A stretch of DNA of 62,703 bases, counting the filler, from Circinaria calcarea (Eukaryota): NCBI GenBank assembly GCA_051942165.1. It is 4 parts of 4 records of this genome, joined end to end, with 100 filler letters (N's around TTAATTAATTAA, not from the genome) between each part and the next. Parts side by side here need not be neighbours in the genome. Positions count along the whole stretch, not along the records: positions 31,507 to 47,057 come from JAVECS010000359.1; positions 47,158 to 62,703 come from JAVECS010000360.1; 2 more parts are not named here. One strand, 5' to 3'. Shown here piece after piece: positions 38,109 to 51,371 of the stretch. How positions within the stretch are numbered: position 1 is the first letter of the stretch; every line of letters begins with the position of its first letter. The notes beneath the pieces are model-generated. The model was not told where the DNA came from. It made no database searches and saw only the letters and a program-made list of their open reading frames with translations. Both the position numbers and the translations under genes were made by a program.

Positions 38109-38305
38109 TATGACCTATAACTGCAGTGAGGAGAAATGAGGGCTAGAAAGCGTGTTATAAATAAGATAAGAGGGGAGGATTTAGATATCATTTGTGCAAG
38201 TTCAAGGAATGATGACGATCGTGATTCTGCTTTGCGATGATTGGACGATCAACTTCGACATTTTAGAAACTAGAGATTAAGAATTTTTGTGAGACGCACG
38301 TCAAG

Positions 38306-39533
38306 ATGGCTCGATCATCAGTAACACCGTCACAGGAAGAGCTTGACAGACGGAAGGTGATTATTCTACTATCTAGAAATTCGTAATGCTTACAATCAAC
38401 TACAGATAGTCGGTGTCAACGCAGAAACAGTTACTAATGTCACCTCCACCGACTTTCCAGGGCATTACCCAGGAGAAGAGCATTCATGGAGCTTAGAGAA
38501 ATTCAGAAATGTAATTCAACAGCCTCATCCCTTTTTTTTCAATGGCTAAATTGTCCTCCAGGAATTCCGCGTCCAATTCCACAAAAATGAACCCTTCGAC
38601 TCCTCCTTCTCCCTCATAGGCATCGATGCATCAATCGCCAACGCCTTCCGTCGCATCCTCCTCGCCGAGATCCCAACCCTCGCCATCGAAACCGTCTTCG
38701 TTCACAACAACACCTCCATAATCCAAGATGAAGTCCTCGCACAACGCCTCGGTCTCATTCCCCTCACCGGTGACTTGGAAGGTCTGCGCTGGCTGGACTG
38801 GTACAGGAAACCCTCCGAGGGAAACCCAGGCACTGCTCCATCTGATAAGAATACTGTGGTATTTAACTTAAAAGTGGAGTGCACGCATAAGAAGGGGGCG
38901 AAGAAGGACGAGGATGATCCGACAAAACTCTATGATAATGCGCATGTATATGCCAGTCATCTGGAATGGGTACCGCAGGGCCGACAGGATACTCGCTTTC
39001 GGGGCCCAGAAGGAGTGATCAGGCCGGTAAATCCTGGAATTCTATTGACGAAGTTGAGGCCCGGCCAGAAAATAGACATGGAAATGCACTGTCATAAGGG
39101 TCTGGGTGGAGATCATGCCAAGTTCTCACCAGTAGCTACGGCAAGCTATCGACTACTGCCTACCATTGACATAGTCAAACCTATCCTAGGCAACCACGCG
39201 AGGAAATTCGCAAGGTGCTTTCCCAGGGGCGTGATTGGTCTTGAAGTCGTCACGGAAGAAGAAGCTGCCAAAGAAGGTAGTGGGTATGAAGGGCACGCGG
39301 GTGAAAAGAAGGCCGTAGTCAAGAACACTTTCAAGGATACGGTCTCAAGAGAGTGTCTCAGGCACGATGAGTTCAACGGAAAAGTGAAACTTGGAAGAAG
39401 GAGAGATCATTTCATCTTCAGCATAGAGAGCACTGGGCAGTTTGAGAGTGATGCTCTGTTCTTGGACAGCGTCTCGATACTAAGATCCAAGTGTACGGAT
39501 CTACAGAGGGATCTTGCCAACATCATGCGATGA
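38306..39533 (+). CDS. RPC40: RNA polymerases I and III shared subunit AC40
   Basis: Introns ~38357-38405 and ~38510-38561; IANAFRRILLAEIPTLAIE, QDEVLAQRLGLIP, KLRPGQ, DHAKFSPVATASYRL, DTVSRECLRH, HFIFSIESTG. Confidence 0.96.
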
Positions 39534-39870
39534 CTACTAGGTCTGGGGTTATAATTTTCAAGGAGATCATTGTAGGCGTCAAAGCGTAAATATGGAGGCT
39601 TTGCATCCGAATGGCGGCTGGTGTCCATCTGGTTCGAATTTCAAGCGAAGATACCATGAGCAGCACAATACTCCCATGCACCCTGATTCTAGGAAAAATA
39701 ACGCCTTTCGCTATGCAAACTTGTCCCACATCATCAAATTCATAATTGTCAGCAGTAGGCTTCGGCACGTTAGCTTCTGTAATGAGGGACACCTGGACCC
39801 GGAAAAATTTGCATTTTTGATCTTCCGTTTTCATTGACCCACAAGTCCCCAAAGAAATGAACCTGCCAGG

Positions 39871-41443
39871 TCAAGATTGAAACACAAGCTTGTATCTGAA
39901 AGTAATCTGGAATGCGGGATCCGATACCGCAATCTCTTCTCCATTTGAAACCAGTTCTGAAAGCTTCTTCGTCAGGTTGTGTCGTGTTTGAGCCTCTAAC
40001 GATGGTGGTGACTGGTAGTAAAGTGACGACTTCTCACTTCTCAGCGTAGGCTTCTTAAGCTGGGCCTCCGCCCTTTCGCCTAAACTATCGATAAACTCCT
40101 GTAAAGTCATCCGGGGATTAACCTCAAGGTTCCGTGCCAAATTCCCGCATACGGGACAGTCTTCCTTTTGCTCGTGGTGAAAGGTATAAGTATAAATGCT
40201 GTCGTCCCCGCTGTACATCATGTAATTGTCCAGATAAGGGTTGCAAGCCGTAGCATACTTCAATGCCTCGTTGCAGCAACTGGCAGCAATAATGGCGTTG
40301 GTGGAAGCTATGGCCGGGATTATATTCTTGACAACACCCTGCGTTAGTGAATAAGTTACACCAGGGATTTTGAACTCGTTTGCGCGGTTAAGGGCTTTCT
40401 GATATAGCCATTGAATGTGCTCGGGGTCATCGGTATCGAGAATTTCGTCTTTCCGGTGTTCTTCCCAAGCGATAATGTGCGCCCACTCTATGCAGTGCTG
40501 AGGTTGGCGAGGAATAGTTGCTAAAGTACATAATGGAACAGCGGCTCGTGGAGCATGCATGTCCAGCTGACACTCGATACATGAAGTCAGCGCCGGGAAG
40601 ATTACTCTGGCTTGGCCTTTGAAGCCTGACAGTGATGGTATTAGCAGAGCAATTTGACATCCAATTAAAGAGCAACTTTCATACCTTCTGTACCTCCGTC
40701 GATTAATGGTATCATGGTATCGATATCCCCAAGATCAACCATGCCGCATAGAGTAGCGTTGATCCATCGTCGTGCCTCGATACTATCTAGACCGCAAACA
40801 ACGAGCTTGAATTGTGAATAGTAGGCTTCGTCCTTGTCTTGGATCTTCCCATTGTAGGGCGTAATCCTCACACCTTTCACTCGTCTTTCTACAAACGCCG
40901 CTGCACATTCGGCCTTTGACTTGCCGACATCTGCCTCTCGAAAGAGAAACTGGCGGTTCAAGTTTGAAACATCAATAGTATCTTGAGAATATTAGACCTC
41001 GGCAGATTTTTAGTGGTGGTGAGCTTACCCATATCGATCACGTGAATATCTTTGAAGCCCGAAAGAGCAAGGTTCTTGAGAATCTCACACCCCAATCCAC
41101 CAGCTCCTCTACAGTCAATTAGTCTTGCCAAATAGAAAAGGTAATTCCCGTGGCGACAAACATCACCCTTATTCTGTTAGCAAAGTAATCAAACCTTTAT
41201 ATAGACCCTACAACAGACAAGACCTTGGTTTTCTCCAGATGCTCGATAGTGACATTTCCAAACTCTACATCTGGATCAGTAAATGGACCTGGACGGGTCA
41301 CGAGCTGATCCAGATGTCTCCTATTGACGGCAGGCATCAGCGAAAGCAGCAATAGCAGTGATAGCAAGTTAAAGGAGAACGAACCATCTACGACGAGAAG
41401 AACCTGTGCCATTTTGCATACTAGATACTGCAGCTGCAGCCAT
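39871..41443 (-). CDS. UBA3: NEDD8-activating enzyme E1 catalytic subunit
   Basis: ATG 41443 (MAAAAVSS...RRRW|RHL); [46 protein letters not shown], catalytic [22 protein letters not shown]; several introns. Confidence 0.95.
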
Positions 41444-41948
41444 AATAGTGTATGCTTTAATTGGAATTCACATCTACAATTCGAAAGTGTTTGAGACTTG
41501 ATTGAGTAGCTGGGAGATGAACTGCGTTTAAAGCGGTAGTGGTATGACTCGGTAAATCTGCCGGCCGTAACCGCTACAAAGTAAATTGGGTCAGGGGGGT
41601 TCGTCTAATCGGAATTGCGCTAATTGGAAAATGCGCTCGAGGAACTTGTACAGGCTATATTATTATATTTTCATATTAGTAAACCTCCTCTCATGGCTAC
41701 TATGTGGATCTGGGGTATACATTATGGCTACTGCGTGGGTGTGCATAGTGCATGCTTAATGCATAGCACGAAAAAGGGGAAACGGGACCATTGAGCCATA
41801 GGTCAAGCGAACCCTATATTTACTGCACTGGCGAGATTGCTTTTTTTTAATGCATTGCTATTTACATTTTGCTATATATACTGCCTTAATATTCACATAG
41901 AATCGATAGATCTTATACAACACAAGCAATAAAACCAGTATGTCTTAC

Positions 41949-42947
41949 CTATTCCGACACAAACCTGAACGTACAACCTTTGACCTTGTGTTCGTCACCC
42001 TGTATTAACATCTCGCATCTCACCACCTCATACTTCTCCGTCTCATAGTAGAGAAGGGCTTCCTCCTGAATTTCGGAGATGACTCTGTATGCCCATCCGT
42101 CCGTGTAGCTATCATCCGATGCATCGACAAGTGCCTTATACTTATCCGCCCATGTTCTAATCACACCTCCTGCAACGCTGGCCGGCCTTAGATCGGGGGA
42201 TGTAACATCGGGTAAAGCTATGATGCGGGAGAGAATCTCGGGATTACTTAGTGTGCCGTAAAAGAAATACCACACAGGGTATTCGTCTTGAGCTGGGGAA
42301 GGGCTCGTGCTGTGATCATCTAGTCGAAATTGCGGTAAAGTGGAATCTAATCCTAAAGTCGGGTAGATTGAACGAATCGAGAGATCTTTCTTTGCTTTCG
42401 AAAGGCAAATAAAGGTCGGCCGGAAGCTAATTTGTTGCTTTGAAAGCCATTCCAGAATAGCCTCTTTTGCGTTGCCATCCACTCGGCAGAACATGGTCTC
42501 TCCAGTGTCTCCAGTCCCTTTGATGAGGTGAGGTATTGTAGATATCTTTCCTGCTTCTTGGACCTTTAGAGGGGTGTCAAGTGGTCCCTCAAGCACAATG
42601 AAGTAAGCAGAAGGTTGAGCTGCCGAGGTTTTCAGAGCTTGTTCAGGGTTATGAGAGGGTTTCAAGAGAATCTTCCGGCTCAGCTGGATCTCGTATTCGT
42701 ATGCTTCTCGATCGTAGCCTTCAGCCTCCTTTTCAGGTCGAACTATCTCCCAATGCTCATCCGAAATCCTTACACGGGACAAATCACTTCTCAGTTGTAT
42801 GATACGGTCCACAGCATCAGAATAAGAGCAATTGAATAGACGCTGCCATCCACTTATCTGGGCTGCAGATGGTTGAGGCGCAGAATCGCGATCTTGCTCA
42901 CGGCCAGCATTGAATGCCATGTTCTCCAACTCTTCGAAATGATCCAT
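41949..42947 (-). CDS. Gamma-glutamylcyclotransferase / AIG2-like family protein
   Basis: Intronless ORF from ATG 42947 (MDHFEELE); C-terminal GGCT-fold motifs WYFFYGTL, YKALVD, LLYYETEKYEVVRC. Confidence 0.82.
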   Translation of the reverse strand: MDHFEELENMAFNAGREQDRDSAPQPSAAQISGWQRLFNCSYSDAVDRIIQLRSDLSRVRISDEHWEIVRPEKEAEGYDREAYEYEIQLSRKILLKPSHNPEQALKTSAAQPSAYFIVLEGPLDTPLKVQEAGKISTIPHLIKGTGDTGETMFCRVDGNAKEAILEWLSKQQISFRPTFICLSKAKKDLSIRSIYPTLGLDSTLPQFRLDDHSTSPSPAQDEYPVWYFFYGTLSNPEILSRIIALPDVTSPDLRPASVAGGVIRTWADKYKALVDASDDSYTDGWAYRVISEIQEEALLYYETEKYEVVRCEMLIQGDEHKVKGCTFRFVSE

Positions 42948-43931
42948 TGCCTCTACGGCAGAATTGTGGGTTTTGGGAAGAGATAGTGATGGAAGGTGGG
43001 TAATAGTCTGGAATAACGAGGGGAACAAATTAAGATATAGAAAGAAAATAGACAAAATCCGAATCTGCTAATAAATTTACGTGCGGGGCAATACCGAAAG
43101 TTTCGTACTGTCAGTTCCAATCAGCGCAGAGGTGGAGGGGTATTTAAACTTAGTATCAAGGCTTAAATATATATTCAGTAAGCCCCGAGCTTAGTTGGTG
43201 CGCCTAACACTGATAGATCGTGAAAACCAGCTTCGCCGGAGTGGCCAAAAAGAAACAAATATTATAATTAGAGTGCGTGGAGAAAACGAATAAGAAAATA
43301 ACATTAATTAGACGCGCCTTCTGTTCCACATCTCAACGATCCCCGAATATTCTTATAGATATCGCATATATATTTTACACGCAGTATCTTATAGCAGTTC
43401 CATAGCTTTAAGTCATGTATATATCTCGGTTATAGCGTGTAAAGCGCTGAAGATGTAGTGCTTTTCCTGTACTTCGTAGTATTTTTTTTCCCTATGGAGT
43501 AGAGGCAGAACCTGCGCCCCGGCCTAAGCGCAGCATACTCGCGTGGACCCCCTGCCCACTTATGGTACCCTGTGAATCTTTGAGTCTAGTGATTAGTGCC
43601 CGCTTCACCTCTGTGCTGAACGGACAGTACGAAGCTTTGGCAAAAGCGTAGTGTCCGGAATTGCCTCGTTTGATGTGGACCACCTTTGTTAAACTTCCAT
43701 GGGACTTTTAGAATAGTGTTTTCATCATATTTGTAATACTCATCTAAGGCGAGGCCCATCATTGGCGCAAAGGGCTCAAAGTCTAAGCGAAACTCACGGT
43801 GGACCGATTCTGGGTGTTGTGAACACATTTTGTTGGCCACTAGAATAAGTGTTAACTGACGAAGTCCAACTCCGGATGACTACAATCATGCAGTTTCTAT
43901 GGAATATGCAGATCTTTGAGAGATGATCAAG

Positions 43932-46900
43932 ATGGAGGACCTACTGCAGCAATCGGCAACAAGGCTAACAAGGGATTCGGAAGATCTACTAAAACCAGCG
44001 TGTATCCCAACAACGGCAGAGAAACAAGACCTCAACCGGCTCCAAACATTGGAAGATGCAACAAAGGCATTGCAATCGAAGCCTGACATTGACTTTCTGG
44101 CCAAAATCTTGCAATGGCTTTTCCGTACAAACACTGCGGGGAGCACCTTCAGTATCAAAATCCCAGGGCCCCAAGCAGCGCAAGTCATCAACGTACTTGT
44201 CAACCAAACTGTACCAGACTATTGGGATGTCTTGAAGAACGATAACTCAGCTGTCTCTGCCAAAGTACGGAGGCTGTTGCTTGGATGTCTTACAAGTCTT
44301 GCAGGCATTGGCGCCCTAATCACCCGTCTTCGATCTCTGATCACCCAACGAAAGCATACTAGAGAGAAGACTTCTCCTACGTTGAAAAACAAGACGTCCA
44401 ATGATCTTCAACCAATCTTAGACATGATGGACGTATTGGAGACCATTCTCCAGAAGGATAATGCTATTGCCGGCATTTGGAAGGACCTTCATTCCTTAGT
44501 CACAAAGCCGGTCCAGCCTACTTTACTGTGGAAGGAGCTCGGTTCGATAATAGCCACTGGTAAACTACTATCGGTCGTTGCTGAAGCCAATGATGTTGTG
44601 AACAGTGCCACCCTTACCGTTGGAGATGGGAGTTGGCTTGGTAATGGACACCAATATACTCTCTGGCTGGGGAGGAACATTAGCTTCATGATTGGATCCG
44701 ATCAAGGCGATTCTATGGGGAGGACCAAGGAAGCAGCACAGCTTTTTAGTAAAGCCTTAACACTAGGATACACCGGTAAGAAGTCTCCCTAGAGAGTTGT
44801 ACATCCTGGAACTTATTCATCTAGATCAGATCGTTAATGTAGTGTTTATCAGACCTCTAATTGAAGATGCAAACAAAGGCAGAGCCTGCCGACCCTTGTT
44901 GAACAGTCTGGCCATTCATGAGCAGAAGACGGTGCTCCAGAGTACATTACGGATACTATCTAAAATTGACACTCCTTCAACGCAAAGCATGAACGGTAGT
45001 AGTGCAACAGCAGACATTACTGCAAAAACCGTCCGCGGAATGGCTGCATTGCTAGTCACTGTCATGGGCAGCCAGGTTCAGCTTAGAGAGGCCCTAGCAG
45101 ATTGGCTGACGAGTACCTCTGGTGGCAGCATTGGGGTAGATGATAATACGCGTCGAGCCACGACAGCTGTGTTGGCTCAAGATCAAGGTTTGTGAACTTA
45201 TTCAGGCTAGGCAACATTAATCTTTTCTGACATTAACAGAGCTGTTCGAGAGTACATTATCTAAGTTACTCCAATTGTTTGGCGACAAATTGTACATCAA
45301 GCACACTCCTGTTTTACATCAAGAAGGTAGGATCCTTGCTCGTTTCAGATTAATCTTTTGTTGATGTCAATAGTCAATGCCCAAATCTTGCTCCTCGTCG
45401 CAGGCTACGTCCATCGATCGAATGCTACATATTTGGAAAGGTTGACACGTTCCAGTGTATACATTAACGCTATCTCGAATCGGCTTGCAGCGTCCTCGTC
45501 AAGGTCACGATTCCTAGGCATGGTCGTGGGTAATGCTGTTTCTGAGCTTGTGGATCCAAAGGATAAGCGGATGAATTTCAGCGTCGAAGAAATCGATAAA
45601 GACGATGGCAAACGGTACCGGGGCCTAATCAATGTTTCTGACAGCATTGGTGACATTAGTGACCTAAAGCTATCTTTGAGTGCCAGCACCACCACTGTCA
45701 ATCTCCCCAAAGAGATGACCAGGAGCGTTAAGGGGGTGGCTTCAAAACCAGCCCCGTATTCTAAAGTCATTTCGATCGAAGAGGTTGATGATGACTCTGC
45801 TAGCGAGGATGAAGACCTACCAATTTACGATAAGCCAGACTCTGATGAAGAAGATGAAGATGAGGACCCTACTTTGGTTCAGCGTAATAAGCCCACAGCT
45901 CCTGTGTCAGTATGAGCCGCCATCTATTATAAGTTAGTAATGCTAATTCTTGATACAGATACATTCGAGATCTTATCGCAGGCTTGAGGGATATCGATAA
46001 CTACGATCGTCACAAGCTCGCTCTCGTAACCGCACCAAGCCTGATCCGTCGGAAAGCAAACTTTGGTACCGAAGTATCAGATCATATCGATGAGATTGCA
46101 ACGCAGCTCGTTGGTTTGGGCGATAAGTATAATCTGGAGAATTTCCCACAATTACGCCTACAAGGCATGATTGCCGCTCTGATAGCGCGACCTCTTCAAA
46201 TGGGTCAGTGGTTCGCCAACACATTCTTCAACGGCGAATACTCCATGGGCCAAAGAGCCTCCATTCTGACTACCTTGAGCATGGGAGCTAGAGAACTTGC
46301 AGGGTTTCAAACAGAAGATGCCGCCGTCACAGGGGCAGATGCAGTTCCGAACTTTCCGTCGAAAAGGTTGCCAGATAAGCTACATAAGATATACGCTGTT
46401 GAGGCGGCACCTGTAGATGCCTTGACGCAGAGACTCGAGCGTACAATGATCCGGCCCATGGCCGCTGAAGCGGCCGATAAGTTGACCGGCCCCAAGGCTT
46501 TGAAAGTGCGCACCTTCTCCTCTCGGATGGAGGTCGAAAAGAAGCGCAAGAAAGCGATTCCCAACGAACTCGCCAAAATTGTCGCAGATGGTTTCTTCTT
46601 CCCCCTCACGGGGCGTTGGCAAATACATCTGCAAGCATAGTAAGACACCGGAACCGCCGTCTCCTTGCCTTCAAATGTGCTAACCCAAACTTTCCCTACC
46701 AGCGGCGACCGCTCCCCTCACACCTCCCCCTTCCTCCTCTCCCACTTCCTCAAAACCCTCTCCCTTCTCCTCCACGCCTCCGGGCCCTCAACTATGTCCC
46801 TCCCACAAATGACCTCGGAATTCTGGTCCCTGCTCCTCTCCCTCCGGCCCCGCGCCCTCAACGACATCGCTATCCTCGAAGCGCTCCTCTTCGCCATTCT

Positions 46901-47057
46901 CACCCTCCTCGATGTCAACGACGACAAACGCCGCGTGGCCGAGGAGCACGCCAAGGAGCTGCTGGAGACGCAGGCGTGGGTGGAAGGCGTGTTTGAGGGA
47001 CTGGGAGGGGGGAGTGAGGAAGGGGAGAGGGTAAGGATGTTGGCAGCAGGGGTGCTG
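43932..47057 (+). CDS. TEL2: Telomere length regulation protein Tel2 (TTT complex), 3' end truncated
   Basis: Helical-repeat exons; ISNRLAASSSRSRFLGMVV, acidic DSDEEDEDEDPTLV..KPTAPVYIRDLI, ALVTAPSLIRRKANFGTEV, YSMGQRASIL; about 5 introns. The apparent TAG at 46638 spans a donor site (TA|GTAAGA). Confidence 0.9.
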
Positions 47058-47157
47058 NNNNNNNNNNNNNNNNNNNNNNNNNNNNNNNNNNNNNNNNNNN
47101 NTTAATTAATTAANNNNNNNNNNNNNNNNNNNNNNNNNNNNNNNNNNNNNNNNNNNN
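47058..47157. other. Artificial contig linker N44-TTAATTAATTAA-N44
   Basis: Same 100-bp linker. Confidence 0.98.
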
Positions 47158-47841
47158 CCACCTCCCATCCTTCCCATCTAACCCCCAAAACTCCCCACAG
47201 CGAAGACCACCGCGGCACTCCCTCCTCCCCCGGCCGCGTCGTGACCCTCATCTCGCGCTCCTTTTGGGAAACCCTAGCCGAGCATGTGCGTTTCCGTCCT
47301 TCTGTGTCTCCCCAGCTACAACTGACCCCCAACTGCTAAGCCAACCCCCACTCTCTCTTCCAACCTTCCCTCCCCCCGTGTCTGGGGCGCCGCCTACCGG
47401 ATCCCCTCCCCAAAAGTCCCAGAAGTGCAAGCCTACCTCGACATCCGGGAGATCAACGGCTACAGCATCCAGTATACGCCGTTCTACCCGGCCGACGACG
47501 AGAGTGCGCCGCCGATCACAAAATGTCTAGTCTACATCGGCTTACCCGATAACCCGCAATTCACGGGCGTGCAGGAGCCGCAGGCGTTGGCGGAGCATAT
47601 CGCGAGGAGCCAAGGGCCGAGCGGGCGGAATGATGAGTACCTGTTCATGCTGGAGCGAGCGTTGAGTGAGCTGGGGCAAGGTAGCGGGGATGCACATGTG
47701 ACGGACTTGGCGGATCGGGTACGGAATATTGAAAAACGTGGCCCCGGTTTTACGCCGTCTTGGGCAGCGGTAGAAAGGGAGAGTGGTAGGGTTCAAAGTG
47801 GTGCAAGTCATGGTCAGCAGGAAGAGGTAGAGAGATCATGA
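47158..47841 (+). CDS. ChaC-family glutathione-specific gamma-glutamylcyclotransferase, 5' end missing
   Basis: SEDHRGTPSSPGRVVTLI, VWGAAYRI, YLDIREINGY, SQGPSGRNDEYL; contig starts inside an intron. Confidence 0.9.
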
Positions 47842-48330
47842 GGTGACAAGCTCGTGTTCCTATCTTCTAAACTTGCTCAAAGAACAAACCTAGACCAATA
47901 ACTAGCCAAAAACTCAGCTAGCAATCAGTCACAAAGGCAAGCTCAAGAGCCGAAAAACAACGCGAACAAACAATGAGCTTGTGCCAGTGTACTTTTTGGG
48001 GAATCGCCGTGCCGAGAGATATCGTGCAATCTAGTTTCAGCAGCAAAAAAGATCCACCGTGCCTGCGCCTTCGCTTGCAGTCGCCAAGACCAACAGCCAC
48101 TTCGAGGAACCAAGAGAAAATAGTCAAAGCCATTTGAAATCGAGGCAGTTCCAGTCAACAATATGCGCACGCATACCTGACCAGCCTCACCCAAATAAAA
48201 TGGCAATGTCTTTTCGCGCATTGTCGCCTTTCCGCTGCCATCCATCCCAGCTATTCTTTGAAGTCCCTGCGCATTTGTCGTTCCAGTATGAGATACGTAG
48301 GTTCAGGCCAAGGATCTTATGCACCATTTT

Positions 48331-49121
48331 CTACCAGCGACCTCCGCCGCTGCCGCCACCCTGCTGGTCGTAACCACTACCTCCTCCACCACCGTAGGAT
48401 TGACCACCTCCAGAGTAGTGCTGTCCACCGCCACCGCCGTAGTCTACAGAGAGTTAGTCTTGTACAGTGCTAAGTTATGCCGAAACATGAAGATTTGGCA
48501 GGGTTCGACGTACTACCACCGCCTGAGCGTCCACCCTGGTCATACCCTCCTCCGCCGCCATCTTGAAAAGTTAGCATCATACTAAAGATGGGAAGTAATG
48601 TGGCGTACTGTATCCGCCTCCGCCACCGTAACCTCCACCGCCACGACCACCGCCGTAGCCTCCACCACCACTATAGCCACCGCCTCGACCACCACCTCCC
48701 CCTCCACCACCGGAGCTACGCTCAGATGCTTTGTCAACCCGAATGGTACGACCATCGAACCTTGGAGACATTAGAATCGTGAGGATGTAGATGCGCCAAG
48801 TACTGTAGACTCACTCCATGTTGTTCATGGCAGAGATAGCTGCGTCGGCATCCGAGTCTTGACTATAACGAACAAAACCAAAGCCACGGCTACGACCAGT
48901 GTCACGATCCTTCACGACGATCTAGGACCTTTGTATCAGGAAAAGGTCTCGCAAAGCACAGAAAGATCATTCACTGCTTCCTCTACGCCACCAAATTCTT
49001 CGAACTTGGCCCGCAGAGCACCGTCGTCGGTGTGCCACGCAAGACCACTGCAGTCATGTTAGCGCCTACACTTCTCAGTACCTGAGATGCGGCCCACGTA
49101 CCCAATAAATAGCTTCGACAT
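48331..49121 (-). CDS. Glycine-rich RNA-binding protein (RRM + Gly/Tyr/Arg tail)
   Basis: MSKLFIGGLAWHT (RNP2), [16 protein letters not shown] (RNP1), [18 protein letters not shown] tail; five short introns; stop TAG at 48331. Confidence 0.93.
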
Positions 49122-51371
49122 GGTGATGTGTTGTCCGGTCAAGATTTCAGTCTAGCAAATGTCTCAATTCCAATCCCTCACACAAAACGCGCAATCGCCG
49201 TCGAGACAGTGAAGAAGCAGGTTCATCGAACAGAACGGAAAGACATCAAGGCTATACATGACCGGCTAACAAGAGCAAGGTGTGGTAGATTTTCGCAGGA
49301 ACAAGGACAGCAGACAGGACAGCAGACGAACTTCTCAAGGTGATTCTGTTTTTGTTCGTCGTTTCGTTTAACGATCAGTCGAGCCGACGCGCACGACTAA
49401 GAAGAGCGGTGCAAAGGACTACTCTAATGTGTAGAGAGTTTTTGGACCGTTGGGAGAGGGTTGGGTTTTGCGCGAGTTAAGGAGGAAAGAAATGGTGGGA
49501 TGTCCAGCGGAAGAAATAGGTTGTGCCCCACCACGAACACCACTACTGTAAGCGAATCGTTCACTAACTCGAATGCATTCATTTCATGGACCCTGACAAT
49601 CTTTTAGTCTGTGGTTTCCCTGGAAATGTCAGATGTGAAATCCTGATGACGGCGAACGGCAGATTTCACATCTCTCCTCTTACTGAAACAGCCCTTCGAC
49701 TGTCAATCAGGAGAGAGGCGATATGGCCAGACTCATCATGCGTGCTTACTCCATCCGAAAGGGTCTGGGTAGCCCTTTCCTCCATCCGCTAGAACTTCTA
49801 ATCAGGACAAGTCCGCGAATGCAAGACTGTTTCAGGAACGTACAGACCCCAGGTTGCGCCCCCGATCAGATTCACATCGCCGATAAATTGCGACAACCGA
49901 TCATCTGTCCCAACCGTTTGGCTCCATGAATGCCGTCAAGGGCGTGGTTAGTGGGGTGGGAAGTGCTCGATCACCGATTGCCGAAAGGATGTCCCTTCAG
50001 ATTTCACATCCACGCAGATAACCTTAGACGCGCATATGCAGAGACGCAGGAAGCAATCAAAATATTGCCCATGTGGCATTTTGCGTGTCTTGCGTGATTT
50101 GGACCACCATGAGAAGGTCTCCAAGGTCAGATGGACGGCCGCCGCCATCTGCAGGGTCGACATATCACTATGCGTGGTACACTGCTTGCATCAAATAAGA
50201 GTGTTTCTCGGAGCCACTCAGATCTCATTTATATGGGACCCAATGCGTGGTGCATTAGTTCACTCTGCTTGGCATCCCTTTTGATATCGTGGCTGTTGTG
50301 TACCATGGTTACAGATTCCCTCTTTCGAAAGAGACCTTTCTCCCGAGAACGCATTGGATTAGATGGGTAACACAGACGATCCATTGGAGACCCCACTCTT
50401 TGCCGTCGCGTTCTCAGTGCGGAGAAGACATTTCATTGTCTTTCCTTCATACAAGGGAGTCTGTTCCGTACGCCTCCAGCCTGGGTCAGTCCGGGTTCTT
50501 GCTCCTATCAGCCCTGAATGGCAAACCCATCTCAAGCTCTTTTCAGGTGATCAAGGAACATCTGTTAATACCGCTGCCTATGTGCGTCGCTAGGGCCTTT
50601 AATATGGTTGCATTTAGAAACTCGTCTTCGGTGATGGGTCTGGTCGCACTCGAATGCATTAGAAGCTGTACATTAGGAACAGCACAATTTTCCAAGCTCT
50701 CTCCAGTGTGCGGCTCCTATACTTTGATGTCCAAATTGTGGAACTTTCGCATCCCTACTTTAAGAAAAGTATCTACCCAGTCAGAGAATTGTTGGCCACT
50801 GGAGAAACAGATCTCGCTAAGAATCTGTATGTTTTGGTGCTACCCACCTTCATCACCATGCCTAAGGATCGTTAGCAATTGGGCAGTAGATAACAGAATA
50901 TAAAAGGCACAGTCAACAAGGAAAATGGACTGAAAGGCTACTCTCATTTATGGGCGATTGGGCTGACCAAACGTAACATTTGGCCGGATGACGCTTTAGC
51001 TAAGTACAAACATTTCGGATAGAGCAATCCCATTGACTACTTGGAATCCCGTGACACCCACAATCTAATATTCCTGATTGAGCCGAAAACTCCATTCGAA
51101 GACTTTATCTATTTCCCCATTTCAAACCATCATTGCACATAGACACTCGATACTCGCCCTAACCCGATGGATATGTCCCACAAACCACGTTCTTTCCTAT
51201 TTAGGGTATTAACTCATGTCCTCGCTTAATCTTACATCACTTTGGTTTTCATCAGCAATATAGGGCTTGAGAACCAGACCGTCTGCTCTGCCGAAGTATA
51301 CCATCCTGCACTTGTTGGACTTTCCAATCGATTCGTCATTCTTACGCATAATCAACGTGGATCTCAAGTAA

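Noticed and set aside
39590..39650. GGTTCGAATT T-loop-like motif suggesting a tRNA
   Set aside because: No T-stem, acceptor stem or cloverleaf can be built.
43492..43840. Minus-strand fragments VHIKRGNSGHY and YYKYDE resembling ubiquitin-protease His-box motifs
   Set aside because: They are in different frames and the wrong order, with no Cys box.
46638..46640. Premature stop in TEL2 suggesting a pseudogene
   Set aside because: The TAG spans an exon/intron boundary (TA|GTAAGA...CAG|C), giving TAC after splicing.
41949..47841. Apparent cluster of two gamma-glutamylcyclotransferase-fold genes (AIG2-like and ChaC)
   Set aside because: They lie on different contigs separated by an artificial linker.
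49586..50903. Overlapping ORFs of up to 204 aa between the RRM gene and the 51372 gene
   Set aside because: Non-ATG starts, no recognisable motifs and no consistent splice model; a decayed gene cannot be supported.
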